Source: Bacteroidales bacterium (GTDB taxonomy: Bacteria; Bacteroidota; Bacteroidia; Bacteroidales; UBA10428). From it: a stretch of 64,000 bases of DNA. Both the position numbers and the translations under genes were made by a program. Below the pieces are notes generated by a model. That model saw only the letters and a program-made list of their open reading frames with translations. It had not been told where the DNA came from and made no database searches. Shown piece by piece: positions 19,276 through 30,304 of this stretch (position 1 is its first letter; each line of letters opens with the position of its first letter). Location of the stretch: positions 1,920,947 to 1,984,946 of the forward strand of contig CBDDKV010000002.1 in assembly GCA_965230395.1 (NCBI GenBank), written 5' to 3'.

Positions 19276-20616
19276 TTAAGCAGGGATCCTGATTACAAAC
19301 TTAGCTCCCTCACCATATTCCTGATCCAGGTAGAGCTCACCTTTCAGTTTATTTTCAATAAGGTTTTTGGCAATGTGTAATCCGAGGCCGGTATGTTTTT
19401 TCTTTTCAGTAGTAAAAAATGGTTCGAACAGTTTATGCCTGATATTGGGGGCAATACCTTTGCCATTATCAGCAACGGTCAATTCTATCGTCTCTTCATC
19501 AACAATACCGCACCCTAAACTTATTACACCTTTGTTTCTGTTCTTTAAGCCATGTACATAAGAATTTTGGATGAGCAGGGTTATGACCTGTGATAAAATC
19601 CCCGTAAAGCCCATTATTTCAGAATGCTGGTTGCATTCAATTACAAATTCAATGTTTTTTTGCCTTATCGAAGGTTCAAGGACCCGTACGACATCTTTTA
19701 AAAAGTTATTTATATTTATTAAGTGACGGCTTTCCTGAAACTGATCAAAAGCAATGCTGCGAAAACTTTTTACAAGCCCTTTTGCATTGCTTAACATATC
19801 GTGGATCGATTTTTCATCAGATATCAGGTCCTGTGTTCCATTTACAGATTTTGTTCTGGAAATAATATTTTCAAGCAGGTGTAATGATTGAGAAATAGGG
19901 TGATAAATCTCGTGGGCAATTCCGGAGACCAAATCGGCAAGAGCAGTCATCTTTTTTGCCTCCATCAACTGGCTTTGCATATTTGACAGATCTTTAAGGG
20001 AGTTCTCAAGCTCTTCGTTTTTATCTTTAATCTGCTCATAAAGCAATGCATTTTCGATAGCAATGCCAATTTGTTCACCAATCATTTCCAGATATTCAAT
20101 AATGTCTTCGGTGAACATTTCTGTTCTTTTATCGTTTAGTTGTATAAGCCCGATGTTTTCTTCCCTGGTTTTTATCGGGAAGAGCCCAATAGATTCATAT
20201 CCTGCCGCGTTGCAGTGGTTTCGGATGATAGTGTTCTTTTCTTTCTCAACGAGAGTAGGGGAGAGTATGGTAGAATTGTTTGTCCAAAAGCTGCCCTTAC
20301 TCGTGTAGTAGTTATTGACCGGATTGGTTCTTCCGGAAATAACATTACCACAAAGGCATTCCGGTTTTTTGACGGAACCGGTGTGCTGACATAAACAATT
20401 TTCCTGTCTAATAAAGGTTTCGGGAAACCCTTTGTGGACAATGTAAGGATAATCATCATCCTTGTGGAGGCGCACGCTTACAGCCTCAAACCCGGTTAGG
20501 TCTTTTATTTCTTCTATTATGGTAGAGAGAGTATGCTTAAGGTCAACAAAATTATTGAGTCTGGCACATATTCTTTTAACAAGTTGTTCACGTTTAATGA
20601 GAATCTCTGTATCCAT
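19276..20616 (-). CDS. GAF-domain sensor histidine kinase
   Basis: A GAF-like N-terminal half is followed by a coiled coil. The H-box is GIAHEIYHPISQ and the HATPase_c N/G boxes are QNSYVHG and DNGKGI...PFFTTEKKKHTGLGL. No response regulator gene is adjacent. Confidence 0.85.
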   Translation of the reverse strand: MDTEILIKREQLVKRICARLNNFVDLKHTLSTIIEEIKDLTGFEAVSVRLHKDDDYPYIVHKGFPETFIRQENCLCQHTGSVKKPECLCGNVISGRTNPVNNYYTSKGSFWTNNSTILSPTLVEKEKNTIIRNHCNAAGYESIGLFPIKTREENIGLIQLNDKRTEMFTEDIIEYLEMIGEQIGIAIENALLYEQIKDKNEELENSLKDLSNMQSQLMEAKKMTALADLVSGIAHEIYHPISQSLHLLENIISRTKSVNGTQDLISDEKSIHDMLSNAKGLVKSFRSIAFDQFQESRHLININNFLKDVVRVLEPSIRQKNIEFVIECNQHSEIMGFTGILSQVITLLIQNSYVHGLKNRNKGVISLGCGIVDEETIELTVADNGKGIAPNIRHKLFEPFFTTEKKKHTGLGLHIAKNLIENKLKGELYLDQEYGEGAKFVIRIPA

Positions 20617-20913
20617 GTTTAAACACTTAGCCCGAATGATTTAAGCCTAAATAGAATCATTCAAAATAAAAATTAAGCAAAATTAAAATCTTTTTCTCAT
20701 TTACAAAAGAAAATCCATGGGGTCGCGAGAACTATAATGTTAACGAAATGTTTAAAACGAAATTTTTTGATACTTTGAGTTTAAAGAGGGGGTGTTGTTG
20801 AAAAATAAATCAGAATTTGTTTAATGCCGAAAAATTTGTATGTTGATTATTACTGATAAAAACAGTATTCAACATACAAACTTTAGGTTAAGCTTTATTT
20901 TGGTTGTCGGGTA

Positions 20914-21246
20914 CTACATGAACGTCCGCTCAGATTTTTCGCTTCTCTTATTGCGTTTAAGCTTTCTTATTCTTTTATTCTGCTGTTTTGAAACGTAACT
21001 TTTAAAAGTAGGGCAACTATCGGCGTGGAGTATCTTAATGTTTGTCTTTATTTTTTTCTTTTTCTTGTTGTTCTCTTTATATCTGTTTCCCGGCTCGCTA
21101 TTTATTATCTGGCCGTTGTTCCCGACCTTTTCGCTTGTCTGGTCGATTACAGAATTTTCGTTAAAACCTTTTGCATAGGAAGTGGTTTGGTTTGAAACGG
21201 AAAGGAAAAAGGTAAGGCATGAAACAAAAAGAATTTTTTTTAACAT
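20914..21246 (-). CDS. small secreted lysine-rich protein (hypothetical)
   Basis: It has a signal peptide (MLKKILFVSCLTFFLSVS) followed by a low-complexity K/N-rich sequence. Confidence 0.4.
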   Translation of the reverse strand: MLKKILFVSCLTFFLSVSNQTTSYAKGFNENSVIDQTSEKVGNNGQIINSEPGNRYKENNKKKKKIKTNIKILHADSCPTFKSYVSKQQNKRIRKLKRNKRSEKSERTFM

Positions 21247-21486
21247 AATACAATGGAATTTTTAAGTTATCTATTAAGATATACGGATTAGCCCATCTTT
21301 GTTTTCATAAATATAAGTGATGTAAATCACCTGATATAGGTGGCATAAGTTGTTTTATTTTTGAAACTTATTTTTAGGTGTACCCGACAAAACCTTTAAC
21401 GGTATTGGTTACATGATATTTGTCATGCAGTCAAAAGATAAGCCAATTTTTTTTTCATCTTTAACAGAATTATAAAAAAAAGTACT

Positions 21487-22776
21487 ATGAGTAAAAGAAC
21501 ACCATTCCCAAAGGTATTTTGGGTAGCAAACATTATTGAAGTTCTGGAACGATTTGCATACTATGGGATTTACATGGGTTTCGGAATCTATTTACAGCAA
21601 ATGGGATATAATAAGGGAGACTTAGGCTTTATTCAAAGTTTATTTCTAGGGCTGTCATATCTAACGCCGCTTTTTTCGGGTACTTTTGCCGATAAATATG
21701 GATTCAAGCGGGTACTAATCGTTTCATATCTGGCTTATTTACCTTCGATATTACTTTTAATTATAACCGAGTCTTTTAGTGGGATAGCATTAACCATGCT
21801 TTCAATTGGTTTTGCAGCGGGGATATTTAAACCTCTGATATCTGCTACCGTAAGGGCAACAACGGATTCAACAAATAAAACCTTCGGTTATGGAATATTT
21901 TACGCAATGGTTAACCTGGGGGCATCGTTTGGGCCTATTATTATGGGAAAACTACGGGCCATTTCATGGGATTATGTTTTTTATACAGCAGCAGGAACCA
22001 TTGGACTGATGTTTTTAGTTACAATCTTCTTTTATAAAGAGCCGGAAAGGGAAATTGAAAATGTAACCCTTAAAAAGAAATTTAAAGATATCCTTGTAGC
22101 TCTCTCAGATTTTAAATTTTCGGTTTTCATATTATTGCTTGGTGTGTTTTTCTGGATGCCGTTCTGGGCGTTTTTTAATGTTTTGGCAGTCTATATAAAT
22201 GATTATCTGGATACGGCCAGTCTTTACCTTGGAGTAAAGTCGGTGCTGGGCGAATGGTTCACAAATACCCTGATTTCAAGTCAGGATGATCAAGGTGTGT
22301 GGAGAATAAACGCAGAGGCAATTTCTCATACAGGATACATCATCATTGTTTTTCAACTGTTAATTTCCAGGATATTTGAGAAGCGGGCAGCTATAGGTTC
22401 ATTTATATTTGGTCTGTTTATTGCAGCAGCAGGATTTCTGGTATTAGGTTTTTCTGTAACATCAGCAAATGGGTTGGTGTTTCTCGGAGTATTCCTGTTT
22501 GCCATTGGAGAAATGATTTCTTCTCCAAGAATACAGGAGTATATTATGTGGATTGCCCCTAAAGAGAAAGCCGGATTATACATGGGGACAAACTTTCTGG
22601 CTACATTTATTGGAGCGGTGGCCAGTGGTATATATACCGGGATAATGGGCAACTTCGAAAAATCCGGACATCCGGAATATATTATGTATACATTGGCGGT
22701 CCATGTCGGACTGGGTATTCTTGCAATATTTATTTTTACTAAAACAATGGGCGAATTTACAGAAAGAAAAGAGTAG
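21487..22776 (+). CDS. MFS transporter, POT/PTR2-like
   Basis: The ExxERFxYYG-type motif is present (IIEVLERFAYYGIYMG) and there are about 12 hydrophobic segments. Confidence 0.8.
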   Translation: MSKRTPFPKVFWVANIIEVLERFAYYGIYMGFGIYLQQMGYNKGDLGFIQSLFLGLSYLTPLFSGTFADKYGFKRVLIVSYLAYLPSILLLIITESFSGIALTMLSIGFAAGIFKPLISATVRATTDSTNKTFGYGIFYAMVNLGASFGPIIMGKLRAISWDYVFYTAAGTIGLMFLVTIFFYKEPEREIENVTLKKKFKDILVALSDFKFSVFILLLGVFFWMPFWAFFNVLAVYINDYLDTASLYLGVKSVLGEWFTNTLISSQDDQGVWRINAEAISHTGYIIIVFQLLISRIFEKRAAIGSFIFGLFIAAAGFLVLGFSVTSANGLVFLGVFLFAIGEMISSPRIQEYIMWIAPKEKAGLYMGTNFLATFIGAVASGIYTGIMGNFEKSGHPEYIMYTLAVHVGLGILAIFIFTKTMGEFTERKE

Positions 22777-22801
22777 GGGAAGCTTTTCTTTACGATATAA
22801 A

Positions 22802-22832
22802 GATGAGGGGTGTTTACGTCCCTCATTTTTTA
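22802..22832 (+). terminator. intrinsic terminator after the POT-like gene
   Basis: The GATGAGGG...CCCTCAT stem is followed by a TTTTTT run. Confidence 0.65.
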
Positions 22833-22996
22833 TTAGGTGATGAGTTGATGAATACTTAGTCTTTCTTGAAAATGCTGTAAGATGTAAACTACAAGAAATA
22901 TCAAAGTTGAACCTGAAGGTGCTAATATTTATTGTTTTTGAAAAACAGTAAGCGGACTGATTGGGCAGGAACCGCTATCAGGGAAGGTTACTCATT

Positions 22997-23401
22997 TTAA
23001 ATTTTCTCCATAATAACATAATCTATCCCGCCCCTGGAAAACTTGTTGTCGCTTTGTCGCAGGCCAAACCTTTCATAGAAAGTGGCTTTGTCTGTTCTGG
23101 CATTGCACCAAAGTCTTTTAATCTTTTTCTGATCCAGGTTTGTCATCATGTATTTAAGAAGTATTGTTCCATAACCTTTCCCTTGCTCTTTCTCAACTGT
23201 CGCAAATTTTCTAAACTGGGCATCGGTACCCGATATGAATAACGAAACGATTGAAATAAGTTCTTCATCCTTAAACAAACCGTAATGAATACCGCCAGGG
23301 TCATCGGGAAGTTTAACATATTCAATGGGTTTGGTAGGCCACATTACTTTTTGTCTTATTTCCCAGGTTAATTTGTAAAATATATTTTTAACGGTAACCA
23401 C
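22997..23401 (-). CDS. GNAT-family N-acetyltransferase
   Basis: The acetyl-CoA binding motif Q-x-x-G-x-G is present (EKEQGKGYGTILLKYMM). Length is 134 aa. Confidence 0.8.
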   Translation of the reverse strand: MVTVKNIFYKLTWEIRQKVMWPTKPIEYVKLPDDPGGIHYGLFKDEELISIVSLFISGTDAQFRKFATVEKEQGKGYGTILLKYMMTNLDQKKIKRLWCNARTDKATFYERFGLRQSDNKFSRGGIDYVIMEKI

Positions 23402-23641
23402 ATCTGTATTGTATTAGTTATTTAGAAGTCATTCGTTTTCGAAAGCTTCGAAAATAACGATTATATCGTTTAGCTTTATTGGTAAAATCTAAAAAAGTTA
23501 TTGGTGCTATAAATTGTTTTTCGCTGATTAAACGCCAATATGGAAACAAACCAGGCATTATAAATTTAAAAGCTGAAATTAAAGTGGATATTTAAAAATC
23601 ATCGTTAATATTATCTACTGAAAAAACGAATCAAAGATAAA

Positions 23642-24838
23642 ATGAGAGATGTAGTTATTGTAGGAGCTGGAATTGTGGGACTGGCAACAGCACTCAGACT
23701 TCTTGAGAAGAGGCCGGGGTTAAAAGTTACTGTTTTGGAGAAAGAAAAGGGCCCTGCAAAACACCAGACAGGAAATAACAGTGGAGTTATTCACGCCGGA
23801 GTATATTATAAGCCAGGCAGCCTGAAAGCCCGCAATTGTATTGAAGGATATAGCCGGATGGTGCAGTTTTGCGAGAAGGAGGAAATAAAATACGAATTAT
23901 GCGGAAAAATTATAGTGGCCACACGCGAGGAGGAATTACCAGGGCTTGAAGAACTGTATAAGAGGGCCCGTCAAAATGGATTAAACCGGGTAGTAAAGAT
24001 AGATGGACCGAAAATAAAGGAATTTGAACCGCACGCCTCGGGAATTAAAGCACTTCACGTGCCTTACACAGGAATTGTGGACTATGCCGAGGTAGCAGAA
24101 AGATATGCCCAAATTATTAAGGGGCGTTTTGGTGCAGAAATATTTTATGAACAAGAAGTTGTTGATGTTGTAAAAAGAACAGGACGGGTTGAAGTCATTT
24201 CAAAGGGAGTAAATGTGCAGGCACGTCTGCTAATTAATACGGCAGGACTTTTTAGTGATCGGGTTGCTTTGATGACAGAAGACAATCTGGATGTCAGGAT
24301 TATACCGTTCAGAGGGGAATATGTTGAGTTAAAAGCAGACAAAATTCATTTGGTCAATAACCTTATATATCCAGTTCCGAACCCGGAGTTTCCGTTTTTG
24401 GGGGTGCATTTTACACGTATGATAAACGGGGGGATAGAAGCTGGTCCAAATGCCGTATGGGCATTTAAACAAGAAGGGTATCACAAAACAAGCTTTAATA
24501 AGAAGGATTTTCTTCGCTCTATGAACTGGCCCGGTTTTAGAAAGGTTATGAAGCAGTACTGGAAGACAGGAGCAGGGGAGTACTGGCGCTCGTTTAACAA
24601 ACTGGCTTTAACGAAGGCCCTCAATCGTTTAGTGCCGGAAATCTCCCACAGGGATTTGCTGCCCGGTGGGGCAGGGGTAAGGGCGCAGGCCTGCGACCGC
24701 TCCGGAAGGTTAATAGATGATTTTCTGATAAAAGAAAATGAATGGGCCATAAATGTTTTAAATGCTCCATCTCCTGCTGCTACGGCGTCACTTGCAATTG
24801 GAGGTTCAATTTCGGAACTGGCAATGAAAAGATTTTAA
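23642..24838 (+). CDS. lhgO: L-2-hydroxyglutarate oxidase (FAD-dependent)
   Basis: It has the dinucleotide fold DVVIVGAGIVGLATA followed by the LhgO-typical HQTGNNSGVIHAGVYYKPGSLKA. Confidence 0.85.
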   Translation: MRDVVIVGAGIVGLATALRLLEKRPGLKVTVLEKEKGPAKHQTGNNSGVIHAGVYYKPGSLKARNCIEGYSRMVQFCEKEEIKYELCGKIIVATREEELPGLEELYKRARQNGLNRVVKIDGPKIKEFEPHASGIKALHVPYTGIVDYAEVAERYAQIIKGRFGAEIFYEQEVVDVVKRTGRVEVISKGVNVQARLLINTAGLFSDRVALMTEDNLDVRIIPFRGEYVELKADKIHLVNNLIYPVPNPEFPFLGVHFTRMINGGIEAGPNAVWAFKQEGYHKTSFNKKDFLRSMNWPGFRKVMKQYWKTGAGEYWRSFNKLALTKALNRLVPEISHRDLLPGGAGVRAQACDRSGRLIDDFLIKENEWAINVLNAPSPAATASLAIGGSISELAMKRF

Positions 24839-25011
24839 AAAAGGCAGTTCCCACTCACGCGCATAGGGCTTTGGTGTATATTGGCTTAGAATTCAGTAAA
24901 TTCAACTGTTCAGGACTTTTCAGGAAGGGGATGGGTTTCTCTTTCTTTGAAATGCATTAATGAAAGGGTAATACAACCTCATACCTTTTTAGTTTGCCGT
25001 GAGGTGAATCA

Positions 25012-25512
25012 TTATTTGTCTTTTTGTTCATTTAACATATTAATAATCATTCTGCTTTCTCCTTCGCAGGTATGGAAAACGACAATGCGTTCCCGGTCAT
25101 CGCACAGGCAATGGGTGTATAAATCGCAACCCAGAACGGAGTCAACTTTAACAATAGAGTCCTGAAAAGTATAGTTGAAAATGTAATAGGTGTAGTCAAA
25201 ATAAAAGACTTTGACCGTATCGTCATTTTCTGTAATGTAATAAGTTCTTTCATCAATGTTAAAGGTGTCTTTTATGTACAAAAAAGCTTTCTTGTGAAAT
25301 ACAATAGGGGTAGTATCTACGTATTTTATAATTTCAACAGTGTCCCGGATTATTTTTTCAACGTAAACCGTGTCACCAGAATAAAAATAGCCGGGAGGTG
25401 ATGTGTTTTCAGCTTTACTGTTCAGGATAATGTTGTCGATAAATATGAGAACAAAAATCAACGCAACAATAGTTGTTGCCGGTACTTTTCTGTTTAATAA
25501 GTTAATACGCAT
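25012..25512 (-). CDS. membrane-anchored hypothetical protein
   Basis: It has an N-terminal TM helix (TTIVALIFVLIFIDNIIL) and no recognisable domain. Confidence 0.5.
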   Translation of the reverse strand: MRINLLNRKVPATTIVALIFVLIFIDNIILNSKAENTSPPGYFYSGDTVYVEKIIRDTVEIIKYVDTTPIVFHKKAFLYIKDTFNIDERTYYITENDDTVKVFYFDYTYYIFNYTFQDSIVKVDSVLGCDLYTHCLCDDRERIVVFHTCEGESRMIINMLNEQKDK

Positions 25513-25624
25513 TGGTAAGACGTTTGAATCTTACTCAAGTTACTAAATATTTACAGTAAATTCAAAACACGTTCCATTTAGGCAAGGTGATATTGGTCAA
25601 CAGGATAATTATAAAAGTGGGGCC

Positions 25625-25657
25625 ACAAAAAAAGCTACCCGTAAATCCGGATAGCTT
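25625..25657 (-). terminator. intrinsic terminator after the di/tripeptide transporter
   Basis: The imperfect hairpin AGCTACCCG...CCGGATAGCT is followed, on the minus strand, by a T run (the complement of ACAAAAAAA). Confidence 0.55.
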
Positions 25658-25700
25658 CTTTAAAAAGAGTGTTATATTTTATTTATTTATAGTCAGGTGC

Positions 25701-27380
25701 TTACTCTTCTGAGCTTGACTCTGTATGTTGTTTCATAACCCTGTTTAACCAGGGAAGCATACTGAAAATAAGAATTACAGAAACAGCAACAAGTAAAGTA
25801 TTTGTTAAGAAGAAGAACGCTTTGTTCTCGTAGACGCCCCACATTCCCGACAGTACACCGGAAAGTTTGTTTCCGATTGATGTAGAAAGGAACCATCCTC
25901 CCATCATTAAGGCGGTAATCCTTGGTGGGCTTAATTTCGAAACCAGCGACAGTCCCATAGGGCTTAAGCACAGCTCCCCGATGGTGATTACTGCGTAGGT
26001 TCCAAAGAGCCATCCGGCAGAGGCTTTTACCGCGCCATTGTTTGATGCCATAACAGCGAAAATCATTACGACGGCAGAGAGTGCTGTAATTACCATCCCC
26101 CATCCAATTTTTGCTGGTGTGGTCACCGGTCCTTTCTTTCGCCTTCTTGCAATGAAATTGAAAAATCCTACAACAAGAGGGGTAAAGAGTATGATAAAGC
26201 CCGGGTTAATGGATTGGAAGAGCTCTGTTGAAATAAGCTTGTATTTTCCTGATTCCGGCCAGTCCTCTTTTGGGATGTTATGGAAGTAGCTGTGAGGTTG
26301 CATTTCAACAACAGCCTCACCATTTTCATCAAGAACTTCGGCCCCATGCAGGTCTACTTTGTGAACAGGCCTTAATTCAGTAGTAACTTCCTGGTTAAGG
26401 CTTAAATAAGTAACAGGTTGCTCCAATGCAGCAGGAACTTTTCTATTGGTGTGGTTTTCAGCCCAAACGGTCAGTGCTGCACCATTTTGATGGAAAATTG
26501 CCCAGAATACCACAACGGCTCCAAAAACAGCTAATAATGCTTTAATGGGTTGTTTTTCCTCTTTTTTTGCTTTTCTTAAAATATTAACATAGAAAATAAC
26601 CACTACAATACTAAAAAACAGGAAAGCATCTGTAGAGTCAGAACTGAAAATATTTCCAGGGATCATCCAGCCTAGAAAACCGGCAATTGTAGCAGGAAGG
26701 AAAAGGGTGTAAAGAATTTTGCTCATTGGGATGTCATCCTTTGTAGGAGGGGACACTTTGTCTACCTCTTTAATGTCCGGCGCTTTTAGTTGTCCGGTCC
26801 AGAACCAGATAACCCCGATAAGCATACCGACTCCGGCTGCAGCAAATGCCCAGCCCCAGCCGTAATTTATTCTTAAATAAGCAGCAATAAAGTTGCAAAT
26901 AAAGGCACCGATATTGATTCCCATATAAAAAATGTTATAACCACTGTCTTTAAGATCCTTGTACTTTGGGTCAGAGTCGTATATTTTACCCACAAGGGCG
27001 GAAATATTTGGTTTGAATAAACCATTACCAAGTATAATTAGTAATAACGCGAGAAAGAAGGCTGTTTCATTATTTACTGCCAGCAGGAAATACCCGGCAG
27101 AAAACAGAAGCCCCCCGATAGTTATGGAAAGCCTGTAACCAAGGTACCGGTCGGCCAGAAGCCCTCCGATAAAAGGGGTTAAATAAACAAGGGCCAGATA
27201 AGATCCGTAAATATCACTGGCTTTTGCCCCGGAAAATCCCATTCCGGGAAAATTGCCATCTTTACTGGCAGTCATATAAAGGAAAAATATTCCGATAAGC
27301 AAATAGAAGCCAAAACGTTCCCACATTTCAGTAAAAAACAGGACCATCAGTCCTTTAGGATGTCTTTTTTGTTTCGCCAT
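25701..27380 (-). CDS. proton-dependent di/tripeptide transporter (POT family, DtpT-like)
   Basis: It contains HPKGLMVLFFTEMWERFGFYLL and a second POT signature region. It is 559 aa with many TM helices. Confidence 0.9.
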   Translation of the reverse strand: MAKQKRHPKGLMVLFFTEMWERFGFYLLIGIFFLYMTASKDGNFPGMGFSGAKASDIYGSYLALVYLTPFIGGLLADRYLGYRLSITIGGLLFSAGYFLLAVNNETAFFLALLLIILGNGLFKPNISALVGKIYDSDPKYKDLKDSGYNIFYMGINIGAFICNFIAAYLRINYGWGWAFAAAGVGMLIGVIWFWTGQLKAPDIKEVDKVSPPTKDDIPMSKILYTLFLPATIAGFLGWMIPGNIFSSDSTDAFLFFSIVVVIFYVNILRKAKKEEKQPIKALLAVFGAVVVFWAIFHQNGAALTVWAENHTNRKVPAALEQPVTYLSLNQEVTTELRPVHKVDLHGAEVLDENGEAVVEMQPHSYFHNIPKEDWPESGKYKLISTELFQSINPGFIILFTPLVVGFFNFIARRRKKGPVTTPAKIGWGMVITALSAVVMIFAVMASNNGAVKASAGWLFGTYAVITIGELCLSPMGLSLVSKLSPPRITALMMGGWFLSTSIGNKLSGVLSGMWGVYENKAFFFLTNTLLVAVSVILIFSMLPWLNRVMKQHTESSSEE

Positions 27381-27626
27381 TTAGATAATCTTTGAGTTTT
27401 TATTGTAATTGTTCATTGTTTTGTCCAGGAGGATTGGAATTGTCGGATGGCAAATATATAAAGTTTTATAGATTGACTATAAGATGAATGTCATTTGTGT
27501 GTAAATTTGTGTAAATAAACAATAAAAATCGAAACATTTTACCTGTAGCATGATGTGGGAAGTTTTGTGAAGGAGCAGACGCCTGGATTTTTGTAGTAGT
27601 TCTCAAAACAGAAATTTTAATTAAAG

Positions 27627-29147
27627 ATGAAAATATTTTCTTCAGCCCAAATTAAACAGATAGATGCCTATACCATAGAAAATGAACCTGTTGCGTCGGT
27701 AGACCTGATGGAGCGTGCAGCTAACGAGCTTTTTGTCTGGATAAGCAAACGGTTTAAGAAAAAAACTCAGTTTCTTTTCCTTATAGGGCCAGGAAATAAT
27801 GGCGGTGATGGCTGGGCGTTGGCAAGAATCCTGTTTCATTACGGGTATGAGAATATTAGGCTTTATCTTCTTGATATATCTGATAAACTTTCTCCTGATT
27901 CAGAAATTAACAGAACACGGCTAATGGAGGAAACGGACGTCAAAATCAAGAAAGTCCAATCAGAAGATGGTTTTCCGTATATCTCTGAAGACGATGTTGT
28001 TATTGATGCTTTATTTGGCACGGGACTTTCCAGGCCTTTGGAAGGGGTAAGCGCAAAACTTGTTGACTATTTGAATAATTCCCCAAAACGCAGGGTAATA
28101 TCAGTGGATATACCAAGTGGGCTTTGGGGGGAAGATAATTCAACGAACACACAGGGCAAAATTGTTCAGGCAGACATTACATTGTGTTTTGAATTTCCGA
28201 AGCTCTCTTTCTTTTTTTCAGAAAACGAGAAGTATGTTGGGAAATGGCATGTTTTGCCAATAGGTTTGCACAAAGAAATAATTCATGCGGAATTCTCACC
28301 ATACAAATACCTGAAAAGGTCAGATATAAAGGAGCTGATAAAGATTAGAAGTAAGTTTTCGCATAAAGGAACATACGGGCACGGACTGATAATTGCCGGG
28401 AGCTATGGTATGATGGGGGCGGCGGTACTGGCGTCGAGGGCTGCCATAAGAAGTGGGGCAGGTCTTGTATCGGTGCATATTCCGCGGTTAGGATATGAAA
28501 TTATGCAAATGTCTGTTCCAGAGGCGCTGGTGTCAATCGATGAATCGGATCTTATTTTTACAGGCCTTAACCATACCGATAAATATTCAGCCATTGCCAT
28601 AGGTCCGGGCATTAATACAAAAACAAATACCAGTCGCGCAGTAAACAAACTGCTCGAGAAAGCAAAAATACCACTTGTAATAGATGCTGATGGGCTGAAC
28701 ATACTTTCAGAACAGAAAGAATGGCTGGCAAAACTGCCGGAAAATACTATATTGACACCGCACCCTAAAGAATTTGACCGGCTGACCCATAATCACGATA
28801 CGCACTATGCCCGCTTTGTCACTCAGCAGGAATTTTCGAAAAAGAATAAGGTAGTTGTTGTGCTAAAAGGTGCCCATACCTCTATTAGCACACCCGATGG
28901 AGATGTATGGTTTAATACAACAGGAAACCCGGGAATGGCAAAAGGGGGAAGTGGAGATGTGCTGACCGGAATTATTTTAGCTTTGCTTTCACAGGGCTAC
29001 GGTCCGGTGGAAGCAGCCCGGATAGGGGTGTACATTCATGGTTTGGCCGGCGATATAGCGTTAAAAACTTACGGGCTACATGCTTTAACACCATCAGATA
29101 TAATATGTAAATTAGGCCGTGCGTTTAAAAAAATAGAACAAAATTAG
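27627..29147 (+). CDS. nnr: bifunctional NAD(P)H-hydrate repair enzyme (epimerase + ADP-dependent dehydratase)
   Basis: The YjeF-N part (GPGNNGGDGWALAR) and the YjeF-C carbohydrate-kinase part (GNPGMAKGGSGDVLTG) are fused in one 506-aa ORF. Confidence 0.9.
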   Translation: MKIFSSAQIKQIDAYTIENEPVASVDLMERAANELFVWISKRFKKKTQFLFLIGPGNNGGDGWALARILFHYGYENIRLYLLDISDKLSPDSEINRTRLMEETDVKIKKVQSEDGFPYISEDDVVIDALFGTGLSRPLEGVSAKLVDYLNNSPKRRVISVDIPSGLWGEDNSTNTQGKIVQADITLCFEFPKLSFFFSENEKYVGKWHVLPIGLHKEIIHAEFSPYKYLKRSDIKELIKIRSKFSHKGTYGHGLIIAGSYGMMGAAVLASRAAIRSGAGLVSVHIPRLGYEIMQMSVPEALVSIDESDLIFTGLNHTDKYSAIAIGPGINTKTNTSRAVNKLLEKAKIPLVIDADGLNILSEQKEWLAKLPENTILTPHPKEFDRLTHNHDTHYARFVTQQEFSKKNKVVVVLKGAHTSISTPDGDVWFNTTGNPGMAKGGSGDVLTGIILALLSQGYGPVEAARIGVYIHGLAGDIALKTYGLHALTPSDIICKLGRAFKKIEQN

Positions 29148-29161
29148 TTTTACCTAAATTA

Positions 29162-30274
29162 TTGATGAATAGAAAAAATAACATGACACGACGATTTCAG
29201 CTTTTTTTATTATTGCCCTTGCTTATTGCTTGCAATACATCGCGAATTTCAACAACGAACATTCAGGATTTGGCTTCTTTTGAGCCTGAAGCTAATATTT
29301 ACGCCCTTCCGCAGACACGGTTGGTCATAACAGTAAAGGTGGTAAGATCAACGTTTTATCCCGGTCCTTTCAGTAAGTATTCAGAGAAATATCTTGGTAT
29401 TGAGGGGGCTCAGAATATATCAAATGTTCATTGGGACATTACAGACATTAGTTTCAGTAAATTAACCGAGCCGGATAAGGAGCATTTTTATTCAATCAAA
29501 GGGCAGTCCGGCTTATTTGAGGAAATTTCTGCATTAGAAAGAGATGGGCTACTATTCTACCCTGCCAGCTTAAACAGCTTCCAGGTTTTTTATAACGATG
29601 CGATTGATCCGGTAGAAGAGATACATTACACCGACCTGTCAATTAGCCCGTTTTTTTATGATAAAGAGAAGAAAAAGAAATCGGGTGCCCGCGATTCAAA
29701 CTTCTATGGGATACCTGTTTCAAAAGACTATGTTCAGGAAAAGTCAACAGCGGAAAAAGCAAAAGAAGCGGCGGCCTTTATTTTTAAAATGCGTAAGCGA
29801 AGGTTTAAACTGCTGGCCGGGCAATATGACGTATTTCCGGAAGGAACGGCATTAGAGACCAGTGTGAGGGAGATTAATGAACTGGAAGAAGAGTATTTAT
29901 CTCTTTTTATCGGTAAGGTTGAGACGGATACCATACAGAAAGTTTTCACCTATACTCCGGTTGCCAGGGAAAAATTGCAAAGAACAACCATATTCCGGTT
30001 TTCTTCAGAGACCGGGTTCAGCAATGCAGGAAGTTCTATTGGCGTGCCTATTGTAATGGAAGTCGCCGATTTAGATAAGACAGGGGTTTTAGAGCAGCTT
30101 CAGTTGCCCGTTTCGGCATCATCTTATCAGGATATCCTGTTTTATAGAATACCAGATAAGGGCAGGGTTAAAATACTTTATGGGAGCCGCATACTAAATG
30201 AGGCTGAGGTTCCGGTCTGTCAGTTTGGAGCATTGATCCCAAAATATATTTATCCACGCAAGGCGAAGGACTAA
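29162..30274 (+). CDS. conserved lipoprotein of unknown function
   Basis: A signal peptide with a lipobox-like end is present (LLLPLLIACNTS). No catalytic motif is recognisable. Confidence 0.65.
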   Translation: MMNRKNNMTRRFQLFLLLPLLIACNTSRISTTNIQDLASFEPEANIYALPQTRLVITVKVVRSTFYPGPFSKYSEKYLGIEGAQNISNVHWDITDISFSKLTEPDKEHFYSIKGQSGLFEEISALERDGLLFYPASLNSFQVFYNDAIDPVEEIHYTDLSISPFFYDKEKKKKSGARDSNFYGIPVSKDYVQEKSTAEKAKEAAAFIFKMRKRRFKLLAGQYDVFPEGTALETSVREINELEEEYLSLFIGKVETDTIQKVFTYTPVAREKLQRTTIFRFSSETGFSNAGSSIGVPIVMEVADLDKTGVLEQLQLPVSASSYQDILFYRIPDKGRVKILYGSRILNEAEVPVCQFGALIPKYIYPRKAKD

Positions 30275-30304
30275 AAATAAAATAAATGTTGAATCGAACG
30301 GATA